From IMG/VR virus record IMGVR_UViG_3300003375_000001, positions 96,001-160,000 of that record: 64,000 nucleotides of DNA; one strand, given 5' to 3'. Every line of letters starts with the position of its first letter. Within the stretch, counting starts at the first letter, position 1. This DNA is from a virus (taxonomy: Duplodnaviria > Caudoviricetes). Below, one piece after another: positions 47,094 through 56,399 of this stretch. Under the pieces are notes generated by a model. The model had not been told where the DNA came from. It saw only the letters and a list, made by a program, of their open reading frames with translations, and did not search any database. The translations under genes were made by a program, and so were the position numbers.

Positions 47094-47577
47094 CAAAGAA
47101 CCACGTAGCATTGAAGACTCCCTTAAAGAGCTATTCGCTACTCATAGGTCTAACTTTACCAATAGCACAATATCTATAGCAAAGGCCCTTATTCTCCTGC
47201 TGGAGAAAGGCGACAACAAGCCTAGCCCTATTCTTAAACTTAAGGCTAGCATAAATTTCTCGGCCCCTATAGTATACAAGGCTATATCAGTAATGGAAGC
47301 CGGGGGCCTTGTAAACGTTATCCGAGCCGTGGAAGACCCCGAAGAACAAGGCGTCAGACGAAACTTTATATCCGTTAAGAATGGCTATGACCTGGACAGA
47401 TTTATAGCGTGTGTAGAACCCTTAGTAGCCAGCAAGCTGCAATCTACGAAAGGGCGGCCTGTCCGACTTGCTATTGAAGATGAACACATCGACTTGTCGT
47501 CTAACGATATTGTTAATATAGCAAAGACTACAGTTCCTAAGAGTGTCTTTGACCTGGGTAGTCTAATCAAATCTTAA
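47080..47577 (+). CDS. putative winged-helix protein
   Basis: LKASINFSAPIVYKAISVMEAGGLV helix-turn-helix-wing-like pattern. Confidence 0.45.
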   Translation: MITPDKEPRSIEDSLKELFATHRSNFTNSTISIAKALILLLEKGDNKPSPILKLKASINFSAPIVYKAISVMEAGGLVNVIRAVEDPEEQGVRRNFISVKNGYDLDRFIACVEPLVASKLQSTKGRPVRLAIEDEHIDLSSNDIVNIAKTTVPKSVFDLGSLIKS

Positions 47578-47593
47578 CTATAGGCGACTATTT

Positions 47594-47893
47594 ATGAAGT
47601 CATTGCGCCCAAATGATTCCTTGACAAAAGACCTACTTCACAAGTCTTCTAGCCTCTTGTCATTTTTCAATGACACATGGATACCAGCCAATCAAGAGTT
47701 TGTCACCCGGCTTTCTTTTCACTTAAAGACACTAGGATTTGACTGGCAGTCAGAACAAGAATTTAGTACGATCATGGAAAGAGCTACAAGCCTTGGCCTT
47801 GTTCAAATCATGCCCGGCGAAAACGGTGTTGTCCTTGCAAAACGAGGATACTACTTCCATCAGGTTCACAAGGAGCCTCGTTGTGTCCAGTAG
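47594..47893 (+). CDS. hypothetical protein
   Basis: ORF in the gene run. Confidence 0.6.
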   Translation: MKSLRPNDSLTKDLLHKSSSLLSFFNDTWIPANQEFVTRLSFHLKTLGFDWQSEQEFSTIMERATSLGLVQIMPGENGVVLAKRGYYFHQVHKEPRCVQ

Positions 47894-48380
47894 TAGTAGT
47901 AGCACCGAACCTAAAAGGTCTTACAAAGAGAAGACAGAAGACTATATGGTATCAATTGGTGCTGTTAAAGTATGGTCAGTTATAAAGAAGTCTCCTAGTC
48001 AGCCTATAAACTTTGCTTTGGGCAACCCTTATATAGTATGCACTAGTCCTGAGCTTGCGCACGCCTGGTTAGAACATGCGTTCGAAGATACTAGACAAGT
48101 TCACACCGTGCATGGACCTAGGTGGGCTATAGCCGTCGCCGGCGGTAACTATCATTTTATAAACGCAACCAAGATTCGAGTAACCTCCAAACAACCGGAG
48201 AAAACAGATGCTAGTCAAAGTAAGCATGACCGTGACGTATCACGACAGTCACCGTCACGTAAAGTCTCTAGAGAAGATTCTCTTCCAGGGTTCAACAATT
48301 CTGGATTACAGGATAACCAAGGCAACAGACATGAGCCTGCCGGAAATGACGATGATCCACCTTGGGCGGAAAGTGATTGA
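47883..48380 (+). CDS. hypothetical protein (3' end overlaps the next ORF by 173 nt)
   Basis: AAGGAG RBS before GTG 47883. Confidence 0.55.
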   Translation: MSSSSSSTEPKRSYKEKTEDYMVSIGAVKVWSVIKKSPSQPINFALGNPYIVCTSPELAHAWLEHAFEDTRQVHTVHGPRWAIAVAGGNYHFINATKIRVTSKQPEKTDASQSKHDRDVSRQSPSRKVSREDSLPGFNNSGLQDNQGNRHEPAGNDDDPPWAESD

Positions 48381-48639
48381 GCCTGCTTTTGTAGCCTCTT
48401 CTACTCTGGTAAGTGATTTGATCAAGCTTTCCTTGTCAGACAACCAGGCGTTCTTTCTTGATGCCATAATGAATGCTAGAATTGACGTACTTACCGTGGT
48501 CAATGGAGGTAAGTGGTCAAATACCAGTAAGCAGCGATACCGAGGTCATAATCCTGGTGACAATGAATCTATGACCCGCACAGTTACTACTCAGGTTACC
48601 TTTGACAAGTCCACAGCCCCAAGGATATCATTACCATGA
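48208..48639 (+). CDS. hypothetical protein
   Basis: GGAGA RBS before ATG 48208; ATGA-coupled to the next gene. Confidence 0.6.
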   Translation: MLVKVSMTVTYHDSHRHVKSLEKILFQGSTILDYRITKATDMSLPEMTMIHLGRKVIEPAFVASSTLVSDLIKLSLSDNQAFFLDAIMNARIDVLTVVNGGKWSNTSKQRYRGHNPGDNESMTRTVTTQVTFDKSTAPRISLP

Positions 48640-49115
48640 CCCTCTTACTTAAAAGACGTGCCTTTTTAGTGGCAGGCTTAAGCACTTTGCTGTCGCCACT
48701 AGTATTGCCTGCTAATGCAAACTCCTTAAGTCCCTACAGCCCTTATGCAGAACCTGGGCCTACACTGTACGGTGACGGGGTACATGAAGATACAGAGGCA
48801 CTACAGGCTCTATTCGATGGTAAGGCTGTTTATGACGCACAAGGTAACAGACTCCTAAATAATCAGGAATTTCAAGGTAAGACATTTGTTGTCACCAGAC
48901 TGCTTGAAGTAGACCTGTCGAAAATTTCCCACAGGCTGTCTTTTGTAGACTCTAGATTCCACTACTTTATTGGAGACATAAACTCAAATCTTATGGAGAT
49001 GAAGGGCAAGTCAACAACAGGGATGCTGACTATGCAGAGGGTAACGTTTATTAACCGGGGATCACAGACGAGTGGTGTAAGTTTTGTAGGAGAGGCTAAT
49101 GGCAAACGATCCTAG
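48636..49115 (+). CDS. Tat-signal protein with a beta-helix-cap-like motif
   Basis: KRRAFL + hydrophobic stretch + ANA; LYGDGVHEDTEALQAL. Confidence 0.6.
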   Translation: MTLLLKRRAFLVAGLSTLLSPLVLPANANSLSPYSPYAEPGPTLYGDGVHEDTEALQALFDGKAVYDAQGNRLLNNQEFQGKTFVVTRLLEVDLSKISHRLSFVDSRFHYFIGDINSNLMEMKGKSTTGMLTMQRVTFINRGSQTSGVSFVGEANGKRS

Positions 49116-49764
49116 TAAGTTCAACACTATTAGCCTCGTCATGCGTTCATCCAAGGCTTTCGATTGGATGTCAGTCAACGAGTTTCTTAACTTCAAGGAA
49201 TACACCGTTGACAAAAGCTACCGTGTTGAGATACCAAGAAGCTACCAAGCTGTTCGTCTAGATCCTGCGTACCTTTACTTTGTGGTATATGGGTACCTGG
49301 AAATCATGTGCTACGGGCCTGATGGCTCAGGCGACGACACGGTGCAATACACAGTGCAAAACGGAGACCTGTTGTTTCTAGACTCAGTGTTGAATGACAA
49401 GCAAGGGCTAACCGACACAACGTTTTTGCGATGCAAGAATAAGTCGGCTACTCTAATAAAGATACCGAAGTCGGTTTATAGGGCAGCCATGTTTGACAGT
49501 ACAGGAAGCCGGGACTACTCTCTAAACATGATTCTTGACATGGTAAAAGAGCGGGCAGAGTTTCCTGCACGCCTTCTTACCCTCCCCGTTAGAGACCGCG
49601 TAATACTTGTATTGGCCAAGGAACTAGGTTCAAGACCTTTTCATTCTGCACGCAGGGTCAGTGGGCAAATACTGGCTAACAAAATAGGTGCTTCCCGAGA
49701 AATGGTATCTCGCGTACTAACGGCCATGCGCATAAACAAAGAACTTATCGAAGGAAAACTATGA
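49099..49764 (+). CDS. CRP/FNR family transcriptional regulator
   Basis: cNMP-like beta domain, C-helix LPVRDRV, HTH LANKIGASREMVSRVL. Confidence 0.82.
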   Translation: MANDPSKFNTISLVMRSSKAFDWMSVNEFLNFKEYTVDKSYRVEIPRSYQAVRLDPAYLYFVVYGYLEIMCYGPDGSGDDTVQYTVQNGDLLFLDSVLNDKQGLTDTTFLRCKNKSATLIKIPKSVYRAAMFDSTGSRDYSLNMILDMVKERAEFPARLLTLPVRDRVILVLAKELGSRPFHSARRVSGQILANKIGASREMVSRVLTAMRINKELIEGKL

Positions 49765-50477
49765 GCATCCTTGGCGCCCTTAGTCTCAGTACCAAGCTGT
49801 CTGAATTCGAAGACTTTGACGATAGTCCTCCAGATAATGCTAACAGAGACATACCTAACGAACACTGGACTAACGCGCCAGAAGAGTTGGAGTTTGTTTC
49901 CACCTGGGTGCTGGAGAATACGTTTGTTAGAACGGTAACGGTTAAGTATGAGCAAGGTCTGCTTCATAAGTCTGCGTTGTTACTGCTGGCAGATCCTCTA
50001 AGTGAAGCAGGTGCTAGCGTAGAGGAGATAGATCACTTGCGTGGACCTGTTGAGGGCTTCTTATCCGGTAACAATCTTATTGCATCCGCAGACATATCTG
50101 GTAGCAAGGTAACCGTTATAGCTCAGTTTGAGTCTTCAGCGTTAGGTCTTAAGCTAGCAAAGCTTCTTGGATATGCTTTGTCTATAGGAAACACTAGCCT
50201 TAATGCCGTAAACGAAAAGTCTCTTCAAGAACTGGTAGAGGCTTTCAAAGCAGAAGTACCTGAAGACTACATACAAGAAACGGCCATGGCCCGCCGGCTT
50301 GAACACTTCCTTGAGGCCAATTCTGTAGCACCTGCGTTGCGCGTTGCCTTGCGAAGAGAGGTAAATTCTGACTTTGAACTAGGTGGCAAAATGCTTGAGA
50401 ATAGGCATGACCTTCAGTTACAAAACGCCGTAGCAGCAAAGAGGCTTGGTCATGACCCCAGTAATCCTTCTACCTAG
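49761..50477 (+). CDS. hypothetical protein
   Basis: ATGA overlap. Confidence 0.7.
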   Translation: MSILGALSLSTKLSEFEDFDDSPPDNANRDIPNEHWTNAPEELEFVSTWVLENTFVRTVTVKYEQGLLHKSALLLLADPLSEAGASVEEIDHLRGPVEGFLSGNNLIASADISGSKVTVIAQFESSALGLKLAKLLGYALSIGNTSLNAVNEKSLQELVEAFKAEVPEDYIQETAMARRLEHFLEANSVAPALRVALRREVNSDFELGGKMLENRHDLQLQNAVAAKRLGHDPSNPST

Positions 50478-50817
50478 TGTGCCAGACAAGAGTCTATGCT
50501 TGCCCTTTGAGCCTAAGCTAACTCTAGAGTCTTTTATAGCCTTGTCCCGATGTCTTGGTCTACCGTGCACCCACTTTTTCTGTGGACCTTACGGACTTGA
50601 CATACTGACAAAAGCTATAATAAAGGACAAGCTCCTGTACGAGGCAATACTTACTACTCCTGATTCTGAGTTTCACACTATCTCTATAAATGGAATAGCA
50701 ATCGTAGAGCCTAAGCCTGAGTATCCTTACGGTAAGTCCATTGCGTTTGCATGCGTTAAAGGCAAAGACGTATACCCACTATCCGTCCTTCAAGTAAATT
50801 GGAACCCAACAAAATGA
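50446..50817 (+). CDS. hypothetical protein
   Basis: ORF in the gene run; start may be ATG 50452. Confidence 0.6.
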   Translation: MVMTPVILLPSVPDKSLCLPFEPKLTLESFIALSRCLGLPCTHFFCGPYGLDILTKAIIKDKLLYEAILTTPDSEFHTISINGIAIVEPKPEYPYGKSIAFACVKGKDVYPLSVLQVNWNPTK

Positions 50818-51334
50818 CTGACATAACCACCTTCGATCCTAATGCCCTAAAAAGAGGGTTGAAGAACACATCATCAATAACTTCGGGATGATGATCCCAC
50901 CTGGGGAGTTTGAAAAGATGATCAACAGGGAGATATCCGCTTTCTTTAATGAAGAGAAGGAGTGGAATCTTTCTGAGGACAGGGGCGGCTACAACTGTAC
51001 CAAATATACTATAAGTGCAAGGGTATCACCTTTCCGACAACTTGTATGGAACCAAGTTAGAGGCCTTGTTAACGAAAGACTTGTCCATCACTTCGACACT
51101 GAGGGGAACGCTAGACTGAAGGCTCAAGTGGACGAGTGGCTTAACCTTAAAGAAGTTAAGCAAGATGAATTGCTTACAGCTCAAGGCATGATGCTGGCCA
51201 TGGCTGCCGAAATGTTTGCTTCAGCCTTTGCTGCGCATGGAGACAAGGTCAAATTCGGGTTAGCCAATTCACTCAGAGAAAGAGGCATGCCAGATATAGG
51301 CTACGCCATAGTTAATGCCAACATTAGGATCTAG
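50814..51334 (+). CDS. hypothetical protein apparently split by a -1 frameshift at an A5 run
   Basis: ATG 50814 frame stops at 50891; the -1 frame is open from 50843 to 51334; the joined product reads MTDITTFDPNALKKRVEEHIINNFGMMIPP... Confidence 0.55.
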
Positions 51335-51336
51335 TC

Positions 51337-51735
51337 TTGATTCCTGTTAAACAGACAATAGAGGGACGCGAAGGTAACTGCTTTTCAGCTACACTCGCGT
51401 CCCTCTTGCATTTGCCTATAGAAACTATACCTACGTTCAACGAGTCTACGTGGCAAGCTGACGTTAATGAATTTCTTAGGCCGTTTGGTTTAGCTTTCAT
51501 ACTGCTTGTATATAACGAGGAGATGTTTAAGGTTCATGACCTGCGTGGCCTATATCATGAGGTAGGTGTTGAATCCGGAGTAGAAAACTTAGGGCACTCA
51601 TGTGTGGGCTTAGACGGTGAAGTAGTATTCGATCCGGCGAAGCTAACCCGAGCTTCTTACAACGTGGACACAGTTGGTGTGTTCGTTCTACTAAAACCTT
51701 GGAAATTCCTGGAGAAGAAAAATGGAACCAGATGA
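51337..51735 (+). CDS. putative papain-like (C39-like) cysteine peptidase
   Basis: GNCFSATLASLL, GHSCV, VVFDP (Cys-His-Asp spacing). Confidence 0.5.
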   Translation: MIPVKQTIEGREGNCFSATLASLLHLPIETIPTFNESTWQADVNEFLRPFGLAFILLVYNEEMFKVHDLRGLYHEVGVESGVENLGHSCVGLDGEVVFDPAKLTRASYNVDTVGVFVLLKPWKFLEKKNGTR

Positions 51736-52117
51736 AGTTATACACGCTCCTGTCTCTAAAGCCTTGGCGTTTGTTAACGCCGCGTGTGCAGGTGAAGTAG
51801 ACTCTAGGCCTAAAGCTTACGCCGCTATGCGATGGGTAGAGGCTAAGCTAGCACAAGGTAAACTTGAAGACGTTATAGAGTTTGTTAGAGGCCTGGATGC
51901 CAGTACTGCGCATCCCGGCGTTATCGGCAGTGTGTTTCGTATAACCAAGAGAGTATATGAACGAGAGAAGGCGATGTTCTCTGACTGGCCAGACCTCCAC
52001 AACGGGGCTCGTAATAGTTACATGGCCAGTGAGAACTCTGTTTTCGCTTCTATTGCTAACGCTCTTTTCTTCCACAACGTAAAGGGATCTACCGATGCTG
52101 ATTCAAAACCTGCCTAA
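51722..52117 (+). CDS. hypothetical protein
   Basis: GGAGA RBS. Confidence 0.65.
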   Translation: MEPDEVIHAPVSKALAFVNAACAGEVDSRPKAYAAMRWVEAKLAQGKLEDVIEFVRGLDASTAHPGVIGSVFRITKRVYEREKAMFSDWPDLHNGARNSYMASENSVFASIANALFFHNVKGSTDADSKPA

Positions 52118-52958
52118 CCCTCTGTCTACATGGAGGCACCATAACGGAAACGAGTACCTAGTACTATTTCTAACAAACCTAATGTCTAATGACCACTTGC
52201 GTTATCCCATTGAGGTAATTTACGCAAGTGTTAATTCACCTGGGGTATGGTCTAGAAAGGCCGATGACTGGCACCGGTCCATGACGCTCATTGAAGACTA
52301 TAAGCCTACTATTGAATCAGGTAAAGAACCCCTCGCCTCTGATCTGCTGGCCCACTTAAGTTACCTATGCTTCACACTACGCGAAGTTTCTGACAAAGGT
52401 TTTGTTCATCAAGTCCTTGACACGATATTCGGCAAAATAGCTAGCCTTGAAGCCTTGGTCGATAACACCTCAGGCGTCCTTAATAGTCTGTATCGCCATT
52501 CTGACTATACGGTCACCAAAGCGCACGACATGGCAAAAGCTAATCCTACTCGTGCGACTATGGGCCACTATGACGAAAATGCGTTTAGTCACGTTATAGG
52601 ATGGGTCAAAGAGCTTAAAAAGGAATTGCCTGCTCGTACTTTAGTAACGACCAGAGAAGACAAAGCCGAATACACGGAGTCCAACGTTCCTGAGTCAATG
52701 AAGCTGCCGATGTGCCCGGTGTGTGGTAGCCGTACCAAGATGTACGACTACGTGCGCCCTACTGACGGTGTAGCGAAAGTGGTAATGTGTGATAACGGAG
52801 ACCTGTTAGGCGATGAGTCTCACGACATAACGTGCCCCTTATACTTTCCTCCATACGAACTCTACGCGGCGACACAACGAGAGGCTTTGACAAACTTTAT
52901 TAACTACGCGGACATCATATTAGAAACAAGGAAAAGGAATCATGATAGACCTGCCTGA
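52095..52958 (+). CDS. multidomain protein: DUF1653-like N-terminus, C-terminal zinc ribbon
   Basis: WRHHNGNEYLVL..VIY...WSR; CPVCGS...C. Confidence 0.55.
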   Translation: MLIQNLPNPLSTWRHHNGNEYLVLFLTNLMSNDHLRYPIEVIYASVNSPGVWSRKADDWHRSMTLIEDYKPTIESGKEPLASDLLAHLSYLCFTLREVSDKGFVHQVLDTIFGKIASLEALVDNTSGVLNSLYRHSDYTVTKAHDMAKANPTRATMGHYDENAFSHVIGWVKELKKELPARTLVTTREDKAEYTESNVPESMKLPMCPVCGSRTKMYDYVRPTDGVAKVVMCDNGDLLGDESHDITCPLYFPPYELYAATQREALTNFINYADIILETRKRNHDRPA

Positions 52959-53568
52959 GGTAAAGATGATTGGGTATTTCTCAGACTGTGTTAGGCCTAT
53001 ATACAAGGGTAAAAACCTTGCTTATCACAACTGGGATCATGTGACCAAAGTTATGCGTAACGCCAGTTATCTTTATGACTACGGGTCTTCCACAGAGCTG
53101 GAACTTATACTAGCCATTTTATACCATGACGTTATATATGTCCCAGGTGCTTATACCGACTACAACGAGACCATGTCGGCAGGCCTGTTCAAAAGGGACT
53201 ATGATAGCTGGGTTACTTGTTTAGACAACGGGGTAGCTGTTAATTCAGAGTACGTGCAAGAGTTGATAAAAGCTACTGTTGTAGGTAACCACATTAGTGT
53301 TGATCACTCTCCGAAGTCTGTATGGGAAGCCATAATTCTAGACGCAGACCTTTCGTCGCTTGCCGATCCTTATCCTGATTTTGTTGTTCATCAGGAAAAC
53401 ATAGCAAAGGAACATGACTACGTACCCTACGAAACGGCTATTGAAAAAGGAAAGAGCTTTCTTACCAAGTTTCTTGATCCTCAACGAAAGTCAATATATC
53501 ACACGCCTGCCGCATTAGAGCTTTGGGAAGACAAGGCTCGAATCAACATCCAACTTTATACAAGGTAA
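52942..53568 (+). CDS. HD-domain phosphohydrolase
   Basis: YHNWDHV, ILYHDVIY, LDADLSSLA. Confidence 0.85.
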   Translation: MIDLPEVKMIGYFSDCVRPIYKGKNLAYHNWDHVTKVMRNASYLYDYGSSTELELILAILYHDVIYVPGAYTDYNETMSAGLFKRDYDSWVTCLDNGVAVNSEYVQELIKATVVGNHISVDHSPKSVWEAIILDADLSSLADPYPDFVVHQENIAKEHDYVPYETAIEKGKSFLTKFLDPQRKSIYHTPAALELWEDKARINIQLYTR

Positions 53569-53575
53569 AATCATT

Positions 53576-53782
53576 ATGAAAACAGTCAACCCTTTTGGCA
53601 ACTTTTTCGCTAACGGCGTCACCTCTTACACGCCCTCCTGGCACGATAAGAAAGTTCACGCCGCCAAGGTTACGGTATCCAAGGAGATCGCAGCTTGGAA
53701 CTACGCCGTGGATGAAAAGCGAAAGGCGAAGCAGGCTCGCAAGCTGCCGCGCTTCGGTAATCCGCAGCGGTCTAACCCTTGA
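53576..53782 (+). CDS. small basic protein
   Basis: AAGGT RBS; C-ending codon bias. Confidence 0.6.
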   Translation: MKTVNPFGNFFANGVTSYTPSWHDKKVHAAKVTVSKEIAAWNYAVDEKRKAKQARKLPRFGNPQRSNP

Positions 53783-54176
53783 TCAGGCACAGAGGCTTGC
53801 ACTGGCAACCCTTACGCATGCTTTTCAGGATGCGCTTGTCAAGGGTTGTGTAGAAGATAGAAACTACGTTGGACTAGCCAAGCTTCTTTCTCAACGAATA
53901 GCCTCAGAGTTTGAAGTTGATATAGTAAACGAAATGGAACACATGGAGTTTACTCAAGACAAGGCCGCACGAGTTAGAGACCAGCTTGCTAACGTGATAG
54001 TTGCTTGGGAATACCGTAAGTATGAGCGTGCGTCAGATACCGTGACCTTTCATTTTACACGTAACGAGTCTGAGGCTAAGGCTAGCGATCAGTATGCTAT
54101 GGCTCTTACTTATCTGGACAGGTCAGTGTTCGAACCCACCAGAAACAACCCTTCCTTAATCGTTAGAATGCGATAA
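53712..54176 (+). CDS. hypothetical protein (start uncertain)
   Basis: Open frame fills 53782-54176; nearest upstream ATG is 53712. Confidence 0.5.
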   Translation: MKSERRSRLASCRASVIRSGLTLDQAQRLALATLTHAFQDALVKGCVEDRNYVGLAKLLSQRIASEFEVDIVNEMEHMEFTQDKAARVRDQLANVIVAWEYRKYERASDTVTFHFTRNESEAKASDQYAMALTYLDRSVFEPTRNNPSLIVRMR

Positions 54177-54178
54177 CA

Positions 54179-55474
54179 ATGATTGACTTAACCTCCATAA
54201 AAACTTTGGGCATAGGTGGTGTTGCTGTAGCTGTTGCCACTGGCTGGACAACAGTCAAGGCCTGGCTTAACAACCTATCAGCTTACCTCATCATTCACCT
54301 TGAAGCAGACAACCTGACGGCACAACCTATCAAAAAGCTACTTAGAACTGAGTGGAGCACTGTTCCGTCTGGCATACACAAGGTATTCTCTACACAGCTT
54401 AAGCATAGGGACGGTAAGACACGACTTACGCCTTTCCGCATTCTAGGGTTGACTTCTATATTCTACTCTTGGAAACGCAAGGCCGTAGTCGTAGTAACGT
54501 TTTCGCAGTACGGGCCCTACGGATCTGTTAGCATGTGGACTCTACGCGGCATGCTAAAGTACTCGGACTTCATTCGAGAAGCTATCACCAAGCATGCTAG
54601 TGAGAACATAATCGAGGATCGTTTTAGGATAAGTGAGATTAGAGGGCACGCGGGTTCCTTTCTCTTTAGTAAGAACCGCAATGGTGATCATAATAAAGAC
54701 TCTGTTCAGCCTGAAGGCGCCACTACGCTGTCCGATAGCACCATAAATGAGATAGACGTATACTTGGATGAGTCTCTACTGTTCAACAGGTCAGACTTCT
54801 TATTGGATAAGACGGATGACCCACTAAAAGCTCTGTTCTACCCTGAGACGGTTCTTACCAATCTTAACGATGCAACAAAGTGGTATGCGTCTAAAGACTG
54901 GTACGCTAGACACTCTATCCCCTGGCGTAGAGGTTGGTTGTTGTATGGACCTGGAGGTACTGGTAAAAGCAGTCTTGCTGTAGCCACAGCAAAGACACTA
55001 CGCATACCTCTTATAAGCTTTGCTCTCGCAACCTTTACAGACGAGGAGTTCATTGACAGGTGGCGTACACTACCTACTCCGTGCGTCGTTTTGTTTGAAG
55101 ACATTGACACCGTGTTTGAAGGCCGTGTCAGTATGACCGAGCATAAGTCACTAACATTTGAGTGCATACTAAATCAGCTAAGTGGAGTCAACACCCAGCC
55201 AGGTGTGTTTCTCATTGTTACCACAAACCGAATCGAAACTATAGACCCCGCGCTAGGTGCTATGGATGAGAATGGGTTGTCTTCACGCCCAGGTCGTATA
55301 GACCGACTCATATACGTTGGAGTAGCTGACGAGGACTGTCGCATGAAGTATATAAAGTATGTACTAGCCGACTGGCCTGACACTTGGGAAGAGGTTCTCA
55401 AGCAGACGGAAGGTATGACAATGGTGAAGGTTCAAGAGACCTGCGTTCAAATTGCGTATGCGAGGCTGCAATAA
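54179..55474 (+). CDS. BCS1-like membrane-anchored AAA+ ATPase
   Basis: N-terminal TM; RRGWLLYGPGGTGKSSL, VLFEDID, TTNR...DPAL, RPGRID. Confidence 0.85.
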   Translation: MIDLTSIKTLGIGGVAVAVATGWTTVKAWLNNLSAYLIIHLEADNLTAQPIKKLLRTEWSTVPSGIHKVFSTQLKHRDGKTRLTPFRILGLTSIFYSWKRKAVVVVTFSQYGPYGSVSMWTLRGMLKYSDFIREAITKHASENIIEDRFRISEIRGHAGSFLFSKNRNGDHNKDSVQPEGATTLSDSTINEIDVYLDESLLFNRSDFLLDKTDDPLKALFYPETVLTNLNDATKWYASKDWYARHSIPWRRGWLLYGPGGTGKSSLAVATAKTLRIPLISFALATFTDEEFIDRWRTLPTPCVVLFEDIDTVFEGRVSMTEHKSLTFECILNQLSGVNTQPGVFLIVTTNRIETIDPALGAMDENGLSSRPGRIDRLIYVGVADEDCRMKYIKYVLADWPDTWEEVLKQTEGMTMVKVQETCVQIAYARLQ

Positions 55475-55534
55475 TAACCAAGTAGTAGACTTTTCCATAG
55501 TTGCCAATGACAAATCCTTAACTGAGATCCCCTT

Positions 55535-55861
55535 ATGCTGTTATCCAAAAATGAATCCCTTATAGCCGAAGTAGAAAAGGCCTGGAAGTATACGGAAGAC
55601 TACGGACAGTCCTATACACAGTGCATGTCTAGACAAGAAAAGGCCATTCATGTCTTACAGGTAGTGGACACGCACTTGGCTAACGGTAAGGTAACAGAGC
55701 TTACGCCGTGCCTCCAGTGTAAGGAAGCAAACGACCTTATATCTGAATTCGTCGAGGCTCTTCTAGCCAACAACGTTGAGCAAGGCAAGGAAGTGGTTAA
55801 GAAAATTACCACGTATGCTTTTGATAAGAGACTTGTGCTTCCATTATCCGAAAGACAATAA
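55535..55861 (+). CDS. hypothetical protein
   Basis: ORF in the gene run. Confidence 0.65.
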   Translation: MLLSKNESLIAEVEKAWKYTEDYGQSYTQCMSRQEKAIHVLQVVDTHLANGKVTELTPCLQCKEANDLISEFVEALLANNVEQGKEVVKKITTYAFDKRLVLPLSERQ

Positions 55862-56143
55862 ATGACTTCTAGCTTAAGTACCCCAACGTCTGGCCTAGAA
55901 GCCGAGTTATTCTCGGCCATTAGAGAGCTTGGCTATACAACGTCAGCTCAGACACACACCGTGGTTGATGCAGTCCTGGCTAAGCTCCAGTATATGATGG
56001 CTGAAGCACCTCACGTGGGTGAGATTGTTAGGTCTTTTTCAGACCCCTCAGGAATTGACGTAAAACTTACAGGTAGCTTGACATCAGATATCCCCGGAAT
56101 AGTTGGAAGCAAGCTATACCTGAAACTAGATATACGGAGTTGA
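55862..56143 (+). CDS. hypothetical protein
   Basis: Abutting ORF. Confidence 0.65.
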   Translation: MTSSLSTPTSGLEAELFSAIRELGYTTSAQTHTVVDAVLAKLQYMMAEAPHVGEIVRSFSDPSGIDVKLTGSLTSDIPGIVGSKLYLKLDIRS

Positions 56144-56144
56144 C

Positions 56145-56399
56145 GTGGTCTCTAAGAACACCAAGTATAAACCTAAGCTTACCCGGCCGCACTTGTATGA
56201 CAAAAAGCGTGGCATAGGTCGTGAAGTTTGGGTGGCTTTGGTACGTATTAGGTATCCAAACGCCATCATCCGACAGGACAAGGACAATAAGGAAGACTAC
56301 GTGGCGGAGTTATACTCAGGAGAAAACGTAGGCACATACACAGACTTCAAAGGCGGTAGTGTTAAACCTGTTAAACCTGTTAAAGCGAGTCAATCATGA
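56145..56399 (+). CDS. hypothetical protein
   Basis: GGAG RBS, GTG start. Confidence 0.6.
   Translation: MVSKNTKYKPKLTRPHLYDKKRGIGREVWVALVRIRYPNAIIRQDKDNKEDYVAELYSGENVGTYTDFKGGSVKPVKPVKASQS

Noticed and set aside
53576-54176. Programmed +1 frameshift at CCT TGA joining two ORFs
   Set aside because: Not a cognate slip site, and an in-frame ATG at 53712 explains the second ORF
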